Sequence record: DRR378314_729
Length of the DNA stretch: 59,122 bases
Direction: 5' to 3' (one strand)
Shown here piece after piece: positions 26,709 through 36,308 of this stretch. The notes beneath the pieces were generated by a model, which saw nothing but the letters and a program-made list of their open reading frames with translations, was not told the origin of the DNA and made no database searches. Positions within the stretch are counted from its first letter, which is position 1. Each line of letters begins with the position of its first letter. The position numbers and the translations under genes are program-made.

Positions 26709-27401
26709 CTATTCCTCCGATTTCTTGCTCGAAGACTTCGCTGAAGACTTGGCACGCTTGGCCTTGAGAGCCTCAAGTTCCTTCTCGACGCTTTCGTCAC
26801 GCTCCAGCGCAGCAAACTCGGCTTCGAGGCTCGGCTCGCGGCCTTTGATGGTGTCAGCGTAGGCTTCCATCTCATCGACCTTGCGTTCGATGTTGTTGTA
26901 CCGGGCCAGCGCATCATCCACTTTGCCATCATAGACCTGGCTGCGGATGCGGATGCGTTGTTCCGCGGCCTCACGGCGCATCATCAGGGCACGATGCTTT
27001 GCCTTGGCTTCGTCCAGCTTGGCCTGAAGTTTGGCCAGATCGTCCTGACGCTTTTCGAAAGCTTCTTCAGCGGCGTCCATGGCCACCTTGCGGCGGTCAA
27101 TTTCACCTTCGGCCTTTTGCTTTGCAACCAAAGCGCCTCGGGCCAGATCCTCACGCCCCTTGTCGATGGCCAGCTCAGCCTTTGCCGCCCACTCGTCGCG
27201 GGTAGCGGAGAAATGCGCGATCTCGCGTTCCATTTCTTTCTTGTCAGCCATCGCACGTGCCGCAGCGGTGCGAACCTCAACCAGCGTATCTTCCATTTCC
27301 TGGATGATCAGCCGGGCAATCTTTTCCGGATTTTCTGCGCTGTCGAGCATCGCATTGATGTTGGAATTGATGATGTCACCGAGTCGGGAAAACAAACCCA
27401 T
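26709..27401 (-). CDS. pspA: Phage shock protein A (PspA/IM30)
   Basis: MGLFSRLGDIINSNINAMLDSAENPEKIARLIIQEMEDTLVEVR, GREDLAR, coiled coil; AAGGA RBS. Confidence 0.95.
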   Translation of the reverse strand: MGLFSRLGDIINSNINAMLDSAENPEKIARLIIQEMEDTLVEVRTAAARAMADKKEMEREIAHFSATRDEWAAKAELAIDKGREDLARGALVAKQKAEGEIDRRKVAMDAAEEAFEKRQDDLAKLQAKLDEAKAKHRALMMRREAAEQRIRIRSQVYDGKVDDALARYNNIERKVDEMEAYADTIKGREPSLEAEFAALERDESVEKELEALKAKRAKSSAKSSSKKSEE

Positions 27402-27430
27402 TTTGGTGTCCTTTCGTGTCTGGAGGGGAA

Positions 27431-27562
27431 TTAGAAGAACAAGCCGCCGAAGAAGACGCCGATCACGAAAAACATCCAGCTTTCCGCGGGGCGTGTCGCA
27501 AGCCACCGACCGAAACGGCCAGCATCCGAGCGGGCTTCCGTAGTGTTGTAGCGATCGTCCAT
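27431..27562 (-). CDS. Small ORF (43 aa) with C-terminal hydrophobic helix, first gene of the psp operon, not in the ORF track
   Basis: MDDRYNTTEARSDAGRFGRWLATRPAESWMFFVIGVFFGGLFF*; AAGGA RBS; lies between the sigma54 promoter and pspA. Confidence 0.7.
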   Translation of the reverse strand: MDDRYNTTEARSDAGRFGRWLATRPAESWMFFVIGVFFGGLFF

Positions 27563-27621
27563 TTTCGTTTTGTCCTTCTTGAGTGTGAGCAACGCCCTGT
27601 CGCTCTGAGCCCTTCACTCAT

Positions 27622-27637
27622 TTCAAGGAGCGTGCCA
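27622..27637 (-). promoter_or_regulatory. Sigma54 (-24/-12) promoter of the psp operon
   Basis: Minus strand TGGCACGCTCCTTGAA: perfect -24 box, non-canonical -12 (TTGA); divergent from a PspF-type activator. Confidence 0.75.
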
Positions 27638-27711
27638 ACTCAGAATTAATTTTACACATCGCTGTTATTGTTGGATTTTTTCTCGATCTCGCCATACGAC
27701 TCGCACAAAAT

Positions 27712-27728
27712 TTGGTTAAATTCGCCAA
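27712..27728. promoter_or_regulatory. Putative PspF upstream activating sequence
   Basis: Imperfect palindrome TTGGTTAAATTCGCCAA about 75-90 bp upstream of the -24 box in an AT-rich spacer; resembles the enterobacterial PspF UAS as I recall it. Confidence 0.5.
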
Positions 27729-27771
27729 ATTTCTTGTGGATTTAGATCTCTTTTTTAGCTAATCCAACCCC

Positions 27772-28860
27772 ATGATCGGTCAGAATACCCAATTACTGGG
27801 TCAGGCACCCGCCTGGCTTAGTGCGCAAGAGCACGTTTCCCGCGTCGCCCCGCTGGACAGACCCATTCTCGTCATTGGCGAACGCGGCACGGGCAAAGAA
27901 CTGATAGGCGAGCGCCTTCATTTCCTTTCCCGTCGCTGGGACGGCCCGTTCGTCAAAGTGAACTGCGCCGCGCTCTCAGAAACGCTTCTGGATTCTGAAT
28001 TGTTCGGGCACGAGCGCGGAGCCTTCACTGGCGCAACAGAGATGCGCCGTGGCCGATTTGAGCTTGCCGATGGCGGCACGATCTTTCTGGACGAGATCGC
28101 CACAGCAAGTAATCAGGTACAGGAAAAACTGCTGCGCATCGTAGAGTATGGAGAGTTCCAGCGCGTTGGCGGCTCCAAAGTGCTCACCACTGATGTACGT
28201 ATCGTAGCAGCGACGAACGCCGACCTCCCCGCGATGGTCGAGGCAGGCGAGTTCCGCGCAGACTTGCTGGACCGGCTCGCTTTCGACGTCATCACCCTGC
28301 CGCCGCTGCGGGCGCGCCCAGGCGATGCCAGCCTGCTGGCAGATCATTTTGCTCGCAGGATGGCGATTGAGATGGCGCAGGACTTTCCCGGCTTTGCGCC
28401 ATCCACTATTGCCGCCATCGAAGCGCATGATTGGCCGGGAAACGTGCGTGAATTGCGAAACTTCGCACAGCGACTTGCCCACAGAGCGATTTTGCTGGCG
28501 CCGGACGAACCTGTCCTGTTCGACCCGTCCGCGCTGGATCCATTTGCCTCCCCTTGGCGACCGAAGGGCGCTGGAAAGTCCGGGAAAGCAAGCGCAGCAG
28601 TCACTCCTGCCGCCAGCCCTCAGGCCCCAGAGACAGTCGCTGCAAACTTCACGGCACAGGTCTCCGCATTTGAAATGCGCCTGATAGATGAAGCCCTCAG
28701 CCTGTCACAAGGCCATCAGGGCAAAGCCTCGGAAATGCTCGGCTTATCATATCACCAGTTTCGCGGACTACTTAAAAAGCACGACTACGGACGCAATGCT
28801 GGTAAGCCGGCCGCAACAGAACGCGAAACCCCCATCAAGGGGCCAGTACGCGGTATGTGA
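27772..28860 (+). CDS. pspF: Psp operon sigma54 activator
   Basis: GERGTGKE, ELFGHERGAFTGA, FLDEI, WPGNVREL, C-terminal HTH (LGLSYHQFRGLLKK); no N-terminal sensor domain. Confidence 0.93.
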   Translation: MIGQNTQLLGQAPAWLSAQEHVSRVAPLDRPILVIGERGTGKELIGERLHFLSRRWDGPFVKVNCAALSETLLDSELFGHERGAFTGATEMRRGRFELADGGTIFLDEIATASNQVQEKLLRIVEYGEFQRVGGSKVLTTDVRIVAATNADLPAMVEAGEFRADLLDRLAFDVITLPPLRARPGDASLLADHFARRMAIEMAQDFPGFAPSTIAAIEAHDWPGNVRELRNFAQRLAHRAILLAPDEPVLFDPSALDPFASPWRPKGAGKSGKASAAVTPAASPQAPETVAANFTAQVSAFEMRLIDEALSLSQGHQGKASEMLGLSYHQFRGLLKKHDYGRNAGKPAATERETPIKGPVRGM

Positions 28861-28870
28861 CCCGCAACGG

Positions 28871-29236
28871 TCAAGTACCTTGCGCGCCTAGCAATTCTCT
28901 AAGCACACTGATCAAACGAGGATAGTTGACAGGTTTGGTCATTATCGGGCTGCCCACCAGATCACCGGGCAACTCACCCCCATCATTGCCTGACACGAAC
29001 AGGAATGGGATCCGCATTTCGTTCAGGCGATGTGCAATTGGGAATGACGATACGCCCCCAAGGTCCATGTCCAGCACAGCAGCGCAAACCGAGGTATCTT
29101 CCAGCAATGCAAGCGCGTCCTCCGCACTACTAACTGTCCCGACAACAACGAATGCCGCCTCTTCCAATTGCAACTTCATATCGTAGGCAATCAAAAAATC
29201 GTCCTCGACCAGAAGTATGTTTGGTTTGTCCCCCAC
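28871..29236 (-). CDS. Single-domain response regulator
   Basis: LLVEDDFLIA, VLDMDLGG, FVSG, TKP; GTG start 9 bp after the kinase stop. Confidence 0.88.
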   Translation of the reverse strand: MGDKPNILLVEDDFLIAYDMKLQLEEAAFVVVGTVSSAEDALALLEDTSVCAAVLDMDLGGVSSFPIAHRLNEMRIPFLFVSGNDGGELPGDLVGSPIMTKPVNYPRLISVLRELLGAQGT

Positions 29237-29245
29237 CCAATCCTC

Positions 29246-31018
29246 CTATTTCCGAACCGGAAACTGAAATTCCGCCTTCAACCCTTCTGGATTGAAATCC
29301 ATTTTTGAACGCCCCCCAAGGGAGTGCGACAGACTTTGCTCTATCAACGCGCTGCCGAACCCTCTTCGCGTTGGGGGCACAACGGTTGGCCCGCCCCTTT
29401 CCAGCCACTCCACAACGACATCTTCCCCTTCCAGACGCCAACCAATCCTGAGGCAGCCACGCTCGTTCGAGAACGCACCATATTTCGACGCGTTGGTTGC
29501 CAGCTCATGCAGGATCAGGCCAAACGCATGCGCACCTTGCGGGCCAAGCACCAATGGCGGACCTGACAGTTCAAGCCGGCTAGCCTCCTCGGGAGCATAT
29601 CCCATTATCTGCTCTCGAATAAGTCGGGAAATGTCCGCAGACTCGCGAGTTGAAGAAACCAGCAAATCGTGACTGGCCGCGATAGCACGGAGGCGCCCGG
29701 TGAAGGCGCGACGGAACCCCTCCAAATCAGTCGCCTCGCGCACCGTATGGGCAGCGATTGCCTGAATTGTGGCCAGGGAGTTCTTTACCCTATGGTTGAG
29801 CTCGCTCAAAAGCATTTCACGGTGCGCTTCAGACCGTTTGCGTTCGGATATATCCACAGCGGAGAGAACGATTTCCGTTACCTGCTCGAACTCGTCGAAG
29901 ATCGGGGAGAGCTGCATGTCAACCGGAATTGACTGCCCGTCAGATCCGCGAATCTCTGTATCAAAGCGCATGCGTTTTCCGACCTTGGCTTCCTCGAATG
30001 CCTTGACCAATTGATCTTGCGATTCCGACGTCTGGCACCAGGCGGGATGGTTCCAGATTGGGTGCCCCAACATTTCATCTTCCCGTACGCCTGTCAGGCG
30101 CAGGGTCGTTTCATTCACCTCGAGCAATTTGCCATCGGGTTTCGCCAACCCGATGATAGCCATCACGCCGTTGAGAATTGTCCGAAGGCGCTTTTGACTG
30201 GCCTGCAGTTGAAGCTCTGCATTCTTTCGCGCCGTGACATCCTGAAATGACACCGCAAAGCCATCACCCACCCGCGCGACCGTGAAATTGAACCATCGAC
30301 GACGATCCCGCCCCGGATAATAAACCTCACGTCGCCAAGGCGCACCAGTCTGAACGGTATTGCAGAACACTTCAAACAGTCCATAAGTGCTGACTTCCGG
30401 CATCTCTTTGGTCAAACGTTTGCCAATCAGGGCCTGACTGACGCGCCCCGTGAGCTGCTCTGCGGCGGGATTGATAAACTCCCACACAAAATCCTCGATC
30501 TCACCATCGGTCGATCTGAGACTATGGAAAATCATGAACCCGTCAGGGCTGGTTTCCTGAACGGCCCGGAAGCGGATTTCGCTATCCAGCAATGCCTGTC
30601 CAATGCGTTTCTTCTCCGTAATATCCTGCAGAACGGAGATGAAGTAGTCGACTTCGCCGGACGCTTTCCGCACGCAACTGACAGACAGCGTGACCCATAC
30701 AATGCGCCCCGTCTTGTGAAAGTAGCGTTTGTCGATCCGATACCCATCTCTTGTGCCATCGAGCACTTCATTCAGGAGATTTACGTCGAGATCGAGATCA
30801 TCGGGATGCGTGATGTCTTGAAAGGTGATCGTCAAAAGCTCGGAAGGCGAATAGCCCACGATTTCCGAAACACGGCGATTGACGTTGAGCCACTCCCCTT
30901 GCGCACCGACATGCGCAATGCCCACACTCGCCTGCTCGAAGGCGCTTCTATACATGGCTTCCCGCTCAGCGAGCGTTCGGTCGGAACCAGGCATTTTTTC
31001 CGGGTCGTCGGTCGCCAT
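29246..31018 (-). CDS. Cytoplasmic triple-PAS HWE-family histidine kinase
   Basis: Three PAS/PAC segments (THPDD etc.), ELNHRVKNSLA H-box, HELATNASKYGA, WLERGGP (WxE), GFGSALI; no TM. Confidence 0.92.
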   Translation of the reverse strand: MATDDPEKMPGSDRTLAEREAMYRSAFEQASVGIAHVGAQGEWLNVNRRVSEIVGYSPSELLTITFQDITHPDDLDLDVNLLNEVLDGTRDGYRIDKRYFHKTGRIVWVTLSVSCVRKASGEVDYFISVLQDITEKKRIGQALLDSEIRFRAVQETSPDGFMIFHSLRSTDGEIEDFVWEFINPAAEQLTGRVSQALIGKRLTKEMPEVSTYGLFEVFCNTVQTGAPWRREVYYPGRDRRRWFNFTVARVGDGFAVSFQDVTARKNAELQLQASQKRLRTILNGVMAIIGLAKPDGKLLEVNETTLRLTGVREDEMLGHPIWNHPAWCQTSESQDQLVKAFEEAKVGKRMRFDTEIRGSDGQSIPVDMQLSPIFDEFEQVTEIVLSAVDISERKRSEAHREMLLSELNHRVKNSLATIQAIAAHTVREATDLEGFRRAFTGRLRAIAASHDLLVSSTRESADISRLIREQIMGYAPEEASRLELSGPPLVLGPQGAHAFGLILHELATNASKYGAFSNERGCLRIGWRLEGEDVVVEWLERGGPTVVPPTRRGFGSALIEQSLSHSLGGRSKMDFNPEGLKAEFQFPVRK

Positions 31019-31329
31019 ACGCTAGGGGTAGTCCTCGATGAATGGAACTTAACTAGACTGCGTCACTGAAAGTATAGATCAAGTTACCGCCAAACAAATC
31101 GAAGAAACTTAAAACTCTCTTGGCTGTATTTTGGATGAGAATGCGAACCCGCGAAACTGCAGGCAATGCTTCAGGTCAACAGACGCTATCAACGCATTTC
31201 CCCAATTTCGCGCCCGGGCTCTTGAGGCAGGCCAAAGCCGCTCCCAAGTCATCCAGATGAGGAATTGGATTCGCCTCGGTCGCAATTCTGCGCCATACTT
31301 GAATCCTGAAAAAACAAAGGAGACCGCCC

Positions 31330-31923
31330 GTGCAGATACAGATTACTGGCAAGCATATGGATCTCGGAGAAGCTCTGCGGAGCCGAATAGAAGACGGACT
31401 TGAGGCGGCAGTCAGTAAATATTTCAACCGAAGTGGTGACGCGCGCGTATTCGTATCGCAGCAGGGCCCATTTGTTGAAGTGGACTGCAATGTGCACCTA
31501 CCATCCGGAATCATCCTTCAATCAACGGGCAAGGCTGAAGACCCCTACGCGGCTCTGGAAAACAGCCTCGACAAGATGGAAAAGCGGGTTCGCCGCTACA
31601 AACGTCGCCTGAAAGACCACCATTCTGGAAATTCAGCCCCCATGCCGAGCGAATTGGTCCCGGAATCCGTATTCCGTGCAAATGGCCAGGATGCGCATGA
31701 AGAAGAACTCGCAGAAGAGGCAGATGACACGCCCCTGACCGTCGCAGAAACGTCGCACACAATTCGGACAATGAGCGTATCTGAGGCCGTTATGCAGCTC
31801 GAACTGCAGGAAGTCCCGGCACTCATGTTCAGAAATGCTGGCCATGACGGGCTTAATATGGTCTACCGCCGACCAGACGGTCACATTGGATGGGTGGATC
31901 CTGCGAACGTCCCGAGGAACTAA
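31330..31923 (+). CDS. hpf: Ribosome hibernation promoting factor (long HPF)
   Basis: QITGKHMDLGEAL, KMEKRVRRYKRRLKDH, MSVSEAVMQL, NMVYRRPDGHIGWVDP. Confidence 0.93.
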   Translation: MQIQITGKHMDLGEALRSRIEDGLEAAVSKYFNRSGDARVFVSQQGPFVEVDCNVHLPSGIILQSTGKAEDPYAALENSLDKMEKRVRRYKRRLKDHHSGNSAPMPSELVPESVFRANGQDAHEEELAEEADDTPLTVAETSHTIRTMSVSEAVMQLELQEVPALMFRNAGHDGLNMVYRRPDGHIGWVDPANVPRN

Positions 31924-31946
31924 TCCGGAAGACGGAAAGTAACTTC

Positions 31947-32417
31947 ATGGCGACAGATTTGACGTCCCTGCTTGAAAACGGGGTGATTATCCCTTCGCTC
32001 GAGGCAAAGAGCCGCAAGCAAGCCATTCACGCTCTCGCTGAAGCGCTGGCGGCTGCAACCGGTCTTGGCCTTCGTGAAATCGAGGATGCCGTGATGGAAC
32101 GCGAACGCCTCGGATCGACCGGCGTCGGTGAAGGCGTTGCCATTCCACATGCGCGACTGGATGGCATCGAAGCGCCTATCGGCGGCTATTTACGGCTTGT
32201 TCAAGGCGTGGACTTTGAAGCCATTGATGACCGACCTTGCGATCTGGTCTTCATGCTGCTGGCCCCCAAATCGTCTGGCGCTGACCATTTGCGGGCTTTG
32301 GCCCAGGTCAGCCGCACCTTCCGTCAGAGCGCCATCCGCGACGCCCTGAGAGAAGCCAAGACCGAAGATGAGGTAAAGGCGATCGTATGCCGTGAAGCGG
32401 CCGAACAATCCGCCTGA
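31947..32417 (+). CDS. ptsN: PTS IIA nitrogen-regulatory protein
   Basis: ERERLGSTGVGEGVAIPHA, DFEAIDDRPCD, ADHLRALAQVSR. Confidence 0.93.
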   Translation: MATDLTSLLENGVIIPSLEAKSRKQAIHALAEALAAATGLGLREIEDAVMERERLGSTGVGEGVAIPHARLDGIEAPIGGYLRLVQGVDFEAIDDRPCDLVFMLLAPKSSGADHLRALAQVSRTFRQSAIRDALREAKTEDEVKAIVCREAAEQSA

Positions 32418-32445
32418 TCTGACCTTTCAGCAAGCAACCAACACG

Positions 32446-32480
32446 AAAAAGCCCGCCGGAACGTATCCGGCGGGCTTTTC
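32446..32480. terminator. Bidirectional Rho-independent terminator
   Basis: AAAAAGCCCGCCGGA-ACGTA-TCCGGCGGGCTTTTC between convergent genes. Confidence 0.85.
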
Positions 32481-32497
32481 AGTTGAATTGAAGGAGA

Positions 32498-34693
32498 TCA
32501 GCCTTCGCTCGGCTGCTCTGCGAACCCGCGCAGCTTGAGCAGCGGCTCAATGGTCGGGTCGGACCCGCGGAAATTGCGATAAAGCTCATCCGCCTCGCGC
32601 AAGCCACCCGCCTCATAGACCCACTTCTTCAGACGAGCCGCCAGTTCCGGATCATAAATGTCGCCCGTCTCACGGAACGCCGTGAAGCCGTCTGCATCCA
32701 GGATCTCGGACCAGAGATACGCATAGTAGCCGGCAGAATAGCCGCCTGCGAAAATATGGCTGAAATACTGGCTGCGATAACGTGGCTCGATCTCGGGCAG
32801 CAGGCCGTATTCTTCCAGGACCTTGCGCTCAAATTCCCGCGCGTCCGTGATTTCGGCGGCCTCTTCAGAGGTCAGCATGTGCCAACGCAGGTCCAGAAGA
32901 GAGGCCGCGATGAATTCGGTCGTCTTGAAGCCCTGATTGAAGGTTGCGGCCGCATTCATGTTGTCGATGAGCTCCATCGGGATCGGCTCGCCGGTTTCGT
33001 AATGATTGGCGTATTCAGCAAGCACTTCCGGTGCGCCCGCCCAATGCTCCAGAATCTGGGCCGGGAACTCGGTATAGTCGCGTGGGCCATCCACACCGGA
33101 GAAGGTGGAATAGCGGATCTGCGTCAGCAGGCCGTGCAGGCCGTGCCCAAACTCATGGAACAGAGTCTCCACCTCATCAAACCGCATCAATGTCGGCTCA
33201 CCCTCAGCAGGCGTAATCAGGTTCAAATTATTCGTGATGATCGGACGGATATTGTCGCCATTGATGTTGGATGTGTTGCGATATGAACTCATCCACGCGC
33301 CACCACGCTTTGAATCGCGGGCGTACATATCCATCATGAACAGGCCAAGATGCTCGCCGGTGTTCGCATCCTTCACATCATACGCCGTAACAACGGGGTT
33401 CCAGCCGTCCACCTCCACCGGCTCAAGCGTGATATCGAAGAGGCGGGAAGCCACATCGAACGCACCTTGACGCACCGCGCCGAGTTCAAAGTATGGCTTG
33501 AGCGCATTGTCGTCGAACGCGTACAAATCCTGGCGGACCTTTTCGGCATAGTGCCACCAGTCATGCCCGGCGATCTGAAACTCGTCGCCAACCATTTCCT
33601 GCATGGCTGCGCGCTCTTCCTTTGCACGCTCCAGCCCTGGCTCCCAAACTTTCAGCAGGAACTCCTCTGCACCTTTCGGCGTCTTCGCCATGCGGGGCTC
33701 AAGCTGGTAGTGGGCGTGAGACTTATAACCCATAAGCTCGGCACGCTTGGCACGAAGCTGGGCGATCTTGATGGCGAGCGGGCCATTGTCATACTCGCCT
33801 TCAGATGCGCGCAGGCGATAACCGTCGAACATCTTTTCGCGCAGTTCACGGTTCTCGCTCTGCGTCATGAAGGTCTCGTAGACTGACCGGTCAACTGTCA
33901 GAACCCATTTGTCCTCACCGTCGACTTTGAGGGCACTTTTGAAGTCATCAGACAAGCCGGCAAGCTCGGCCTCGTCCGTGATCTCGATCTTGAATGCCTT
34001 GGTAGACAGGAGCAGGTTGCGACCGAACTTGGTAGTCAGGCCGGAAAGCTCTTCATTGATCGCAGCAACCTCAGCTTTCACCTCGGGAGAAAGCGCTGCG
34101 CCGTTGCGCACGAACTCACGATGCGTCAGTTCCAGAAGGCGTGCATCCTGCTCATCGAGCCCCAGACGATCACGCTGATCATAGACAGCCTTCACGCGGG
34201 TGAAGAGCGCATCATTGAAACTGATCGCATCTGTTTCGCGCGTCAGCATCGGCCAGATTTCAGCTTCAAGCTCGCTCAGCGTGTCGTTCGTGTCTGTGTT
34301 TGTGATGTTTGAGAAGACCCCCAGAACGCGGTTCAGGGACGCACCAGCCGTATCAAGAGCGACAATCGTATTCTCGAAGTCAGGTTCCTCTGGATTGCTG
34401 ACGATGGCATCAATGTCGGCGCGCAGCTCCAGAATGGCTTTCTTAGTGGCCGGCATATAGTGCGCATCTTCAATCTCTGCGAAAGGCGGCACGCCATAGG
34501 GCGTATCCCACTCCTGACGGAACGGATTGCCCTCGAGTTCCGCGTCACTCACGGAGATCTCAGGCAAGTTCGCTTCTTCAGCAGGCGCCTCGGCAGCAGC
34601 CTCCGCATTCGCAGCATCGGGCTTCTCGCCACAGGCCGTTACGACAAGAGCAAGCGCTGCGGCGCTGCCTACGAGCAAAGATTTTCTGGTCAT
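32498..34693 (-). CDS. M3 family metallopeptidase (peptidyl-dipeptidase Dcp-like), probable lipoprotein
   Basis: HEFGHGLH zinc motif, KRGGAWM, YSAGYYAYLW; lipobox VTAC. Confidence 0.92.
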   Translation of the reverse strand: MTRKSLLVGSAAALALVVTACGEKPDAANAEAAAEAPAEEANLPEISVSDAELEGNPFRQEWDTPYGVPPFAEIEDAHYMPATKKAILELRADIDAIVSNPEEPDFENTIVALDTAGASLNRVLGVFSNITNTDTNDTLSELEAEIWPMLTRETDAISFNDALFTRVKAVYDQRDRLGLDEQDARLLELTHREFVRNGAALSPEVKAEVAAINEELSGLTTKFGRNLLLSTKAFKIEITDEAELAGLSDDFKSALKVDGEDKWVLTVDRSVYETFMTQSENRELREKMFDGYRLRASEGEYDNGPLAIKIAQLRAKRAELMGYKSHAHYQLEPRMAKTPKGAEEFLLKVWEPGLERAKEERAAMQEMVGDEFQIAGHDWWHYAEKVRQDLYAFDDNALKPYFELGAVRQGAFDVASRLFDITLEPVEVDGWNPVVTAYDVKDANTGEHLGLFMMDMYARDSKRGGAWMSSYRNTSNINGDNIRPIITNNLNLITPAEGEPTLMRFDEVETLFHEFGHGLHGLLTQIRYSTFSGVDGPRDYTEFPAQILEHWAGAPEVLAEYANHYETGEPIPMELIDNMNAAATFNQGFKTTEFIAASLLDLRWHMLTSEEAAEITDAREFERKVLEEYGLLPEIEPRYRSQYFSHIFAGGYSAGYYAYLWSEILDADGFTAFRETGDIYDPELAARLKKWVYEAGGLREADELYRNFRGSDPTIEPLLKLRGFAEQPSEG

Positions 34694-34759
34694 TTGGTCC
34701 TCTCAGGTGAAGAATTGTCGTTTAGCGATAATTTCGGGCAAAAACCAGATGGCTTGAGA

Positions 34760-35698
34760 CTATTTTGGGAGCCGCGCAACGACGTTATAATATTCCATAA
34801 TCGTCTCGTCCAGAATTTGAGCGACAGGCTTTGCCCCCGTGATCCGTCCGGCAACCTGTCCAGTCAGGGCGATCCCAGCTTCGAGGTCCCCCCCGAAATA
34901 GACTTTCTGCGTGCCCGCAAACTCTCCAAATATATTCTCCACACCCTCATTCAGGATGCGTTCCGTACGCTCCGTACGCAGGGCGCGCAGAGCTGGACCA
35001 GGACCAGACCGGTTCAGAAAGACCGTATCGGTGGCGTCAGCCGCAAAAATAGCATCCTTCCAGTTTTGATGCACCGGGCTTTCCTCGGAAGACAGAATGC
35101 GTGTGCCCATCAACACGCCTTCGGCACCAAGGGCGAAAGCTGCGGCCATGCTGCGACCATCCGTAATACCCCCAGCCGCCACGACAGGCACGCTCACATG
35201 CTCGCAAACGAGCGGAATGAGGACCATCGACGCAACATCCCTGGGGTTCTTGAAGCCTCCCCCTTCCCCGCCTTCAACAATCAAGCCGTCCACGCCGGCC
35301 TCAATCGCGCGCAACGCCCCCTGCAGCGACGGCACCACGTGGAAAACGGTCAGACCGGCCTCTTTCAGCATGGATGTATACTTCATCGGGTCGCCCGCAG
35401 ACGTAGTGACGAACTTAATCCCCTGATCGATGATGAAATCGACAATATTCGGGTCGCGCACAAAGGCTTGCGCGACGTTTACGCCGAATGGCTTGTCGGT
35501 CAGATCTTTCATCTTGAGAATTTCGTCGCGGATCACGTCCAGTTCTCCAGACGAGGTCTCGATAATGCCCATGCCGCCGGCATTCGAAAACGCCGAGGAA
35601 AGCGGTGCGCGGGCGATCCAGCCCATTGCAGCCTGAATAATCGGTTTCTCGATACCCAGCATGTCGGTGATGCGGGTTTTTACGGGTGCAGCTGCCAT
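34760..35698 (-). CDS. Nitronate monooxygenase / FabK-like flavin oxidoreductase
   Basis: PIIQAAM, TDKPFGVN, EGGEGGG, VAAGGITDGR, ALGAEGVLMGTR, GQVAG. Confidence 0.88.
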   Translation of the reverse strand: MAAAPVKTRITDMLGIEKPIIQAAMGWIARAPLSSAFSNAGGMGIIETSSGELDVIRDEILKMKDLTDKPFGVNVAQAFVRDPNIVDFIIDQGIKFVTTSAGDPMKYTSMLKEAGLTVFHVVPSLQGALRAIEAGVDGLIVEGGEGGGFKNPRDVASMVLIPLVCEHVSVPVVAAGGITDGRSMAAAFALGAEGVLMGTRILSSEESPVHQNWKDAIFAADATDTVFLNRSGPGPALRALRTERTERILNEGVENIFGEFAGTQKVYFGGDLEAGIALTGQVAGRITGAKPVAQILDETIMEYYNVVARLPK

Positions 35699-35794
35699 AT
35701 GACTTCCTCCATTTTGCCGCTACAAGACGCAGGAAACGCGAGGCTCGCAAGACCTTGCCTTGCGTCAGCGATCACACTTCGGAGAGCGAGACTC

Positions 35795-36253
35795 TTGCAA
35801 ATTCTTGTCGATGCCGACGCCTGCCCCGTGAAGGAAGAAACCTACAAGGTTGCCCTTCGGCATGAAATGCCGGTCCTGATCGTCGCCAATTCCTATATTC
35901 GCATTCCGGAGCACCGCCTGATCAGCCGCAAGATCGTTTCAGACGGATTCGACGCAGCAGACGACTGGATCGCCGAAGCCGCAGGACCCGGCACCATCGT
36001 CATCACGGCAGACATCCTGCTGGCTGACCGGGCTCTGAAAGCCGGTGCACGCGTACTTGCACCCAATGGCAAGGCATTTACCGACGCCTCAATCGGTAGC
36101 GCCGTCGCTGTGCGTGCCATTCATGCCGATTTGCGCGCTGGTCTCGGGGATGGCATCCAGAGGGGCCCGGCGCCTTTCTCCAAAGCAGACCGTTCACGCT
36201 TCCTGAATGCGCTGGACGCCGCCGTGGTGGCCCTGAAGAAAACACGGGACTGA
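35795..36253 (+). CDS. YaiI/YqxD (UPF0178) family protein
   Basis: ILVDADACPVK, DAADDWI, VITADILLA; TTG start after GGAGAG. Only the C-terminal part of the 597-aa track ORF is real. Confidence 0.9.
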   Translation: MQILVDADACPVKEETYKVALRHEMPVLIVANSYIRIPEHRLISRKIVSDGFDAADDWIAEAAGPGTIVITADILLADRALKAGARVLAPNGKAFTDASIGSAVAVRAIHADLRAGLGDGIQRGPAPFSKADRSRFLNALDAAVVALKKTRD

Positions 36254-36308
36254 CCCGGCGGGGTCGCGAGACACTTGCCCTTAACGCCTGAAGTGCTACA
36301 GCCTCGCC

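Noticed and set aside
27402-27617. 72-aa N-terminal extension of PspA in the ORF track
   Set aside because: The canonical PspA start MGLFSR has its own RBS at 27401, and a better small ORF lies in another frame.
34460-35794. Apparent long N-terminal extension of YaiI (597-aa ORF)
   Set aside because: Overlaps two real minus-strand genes; a TTG start with RBS at 35795 gives a normal-length YaiI.
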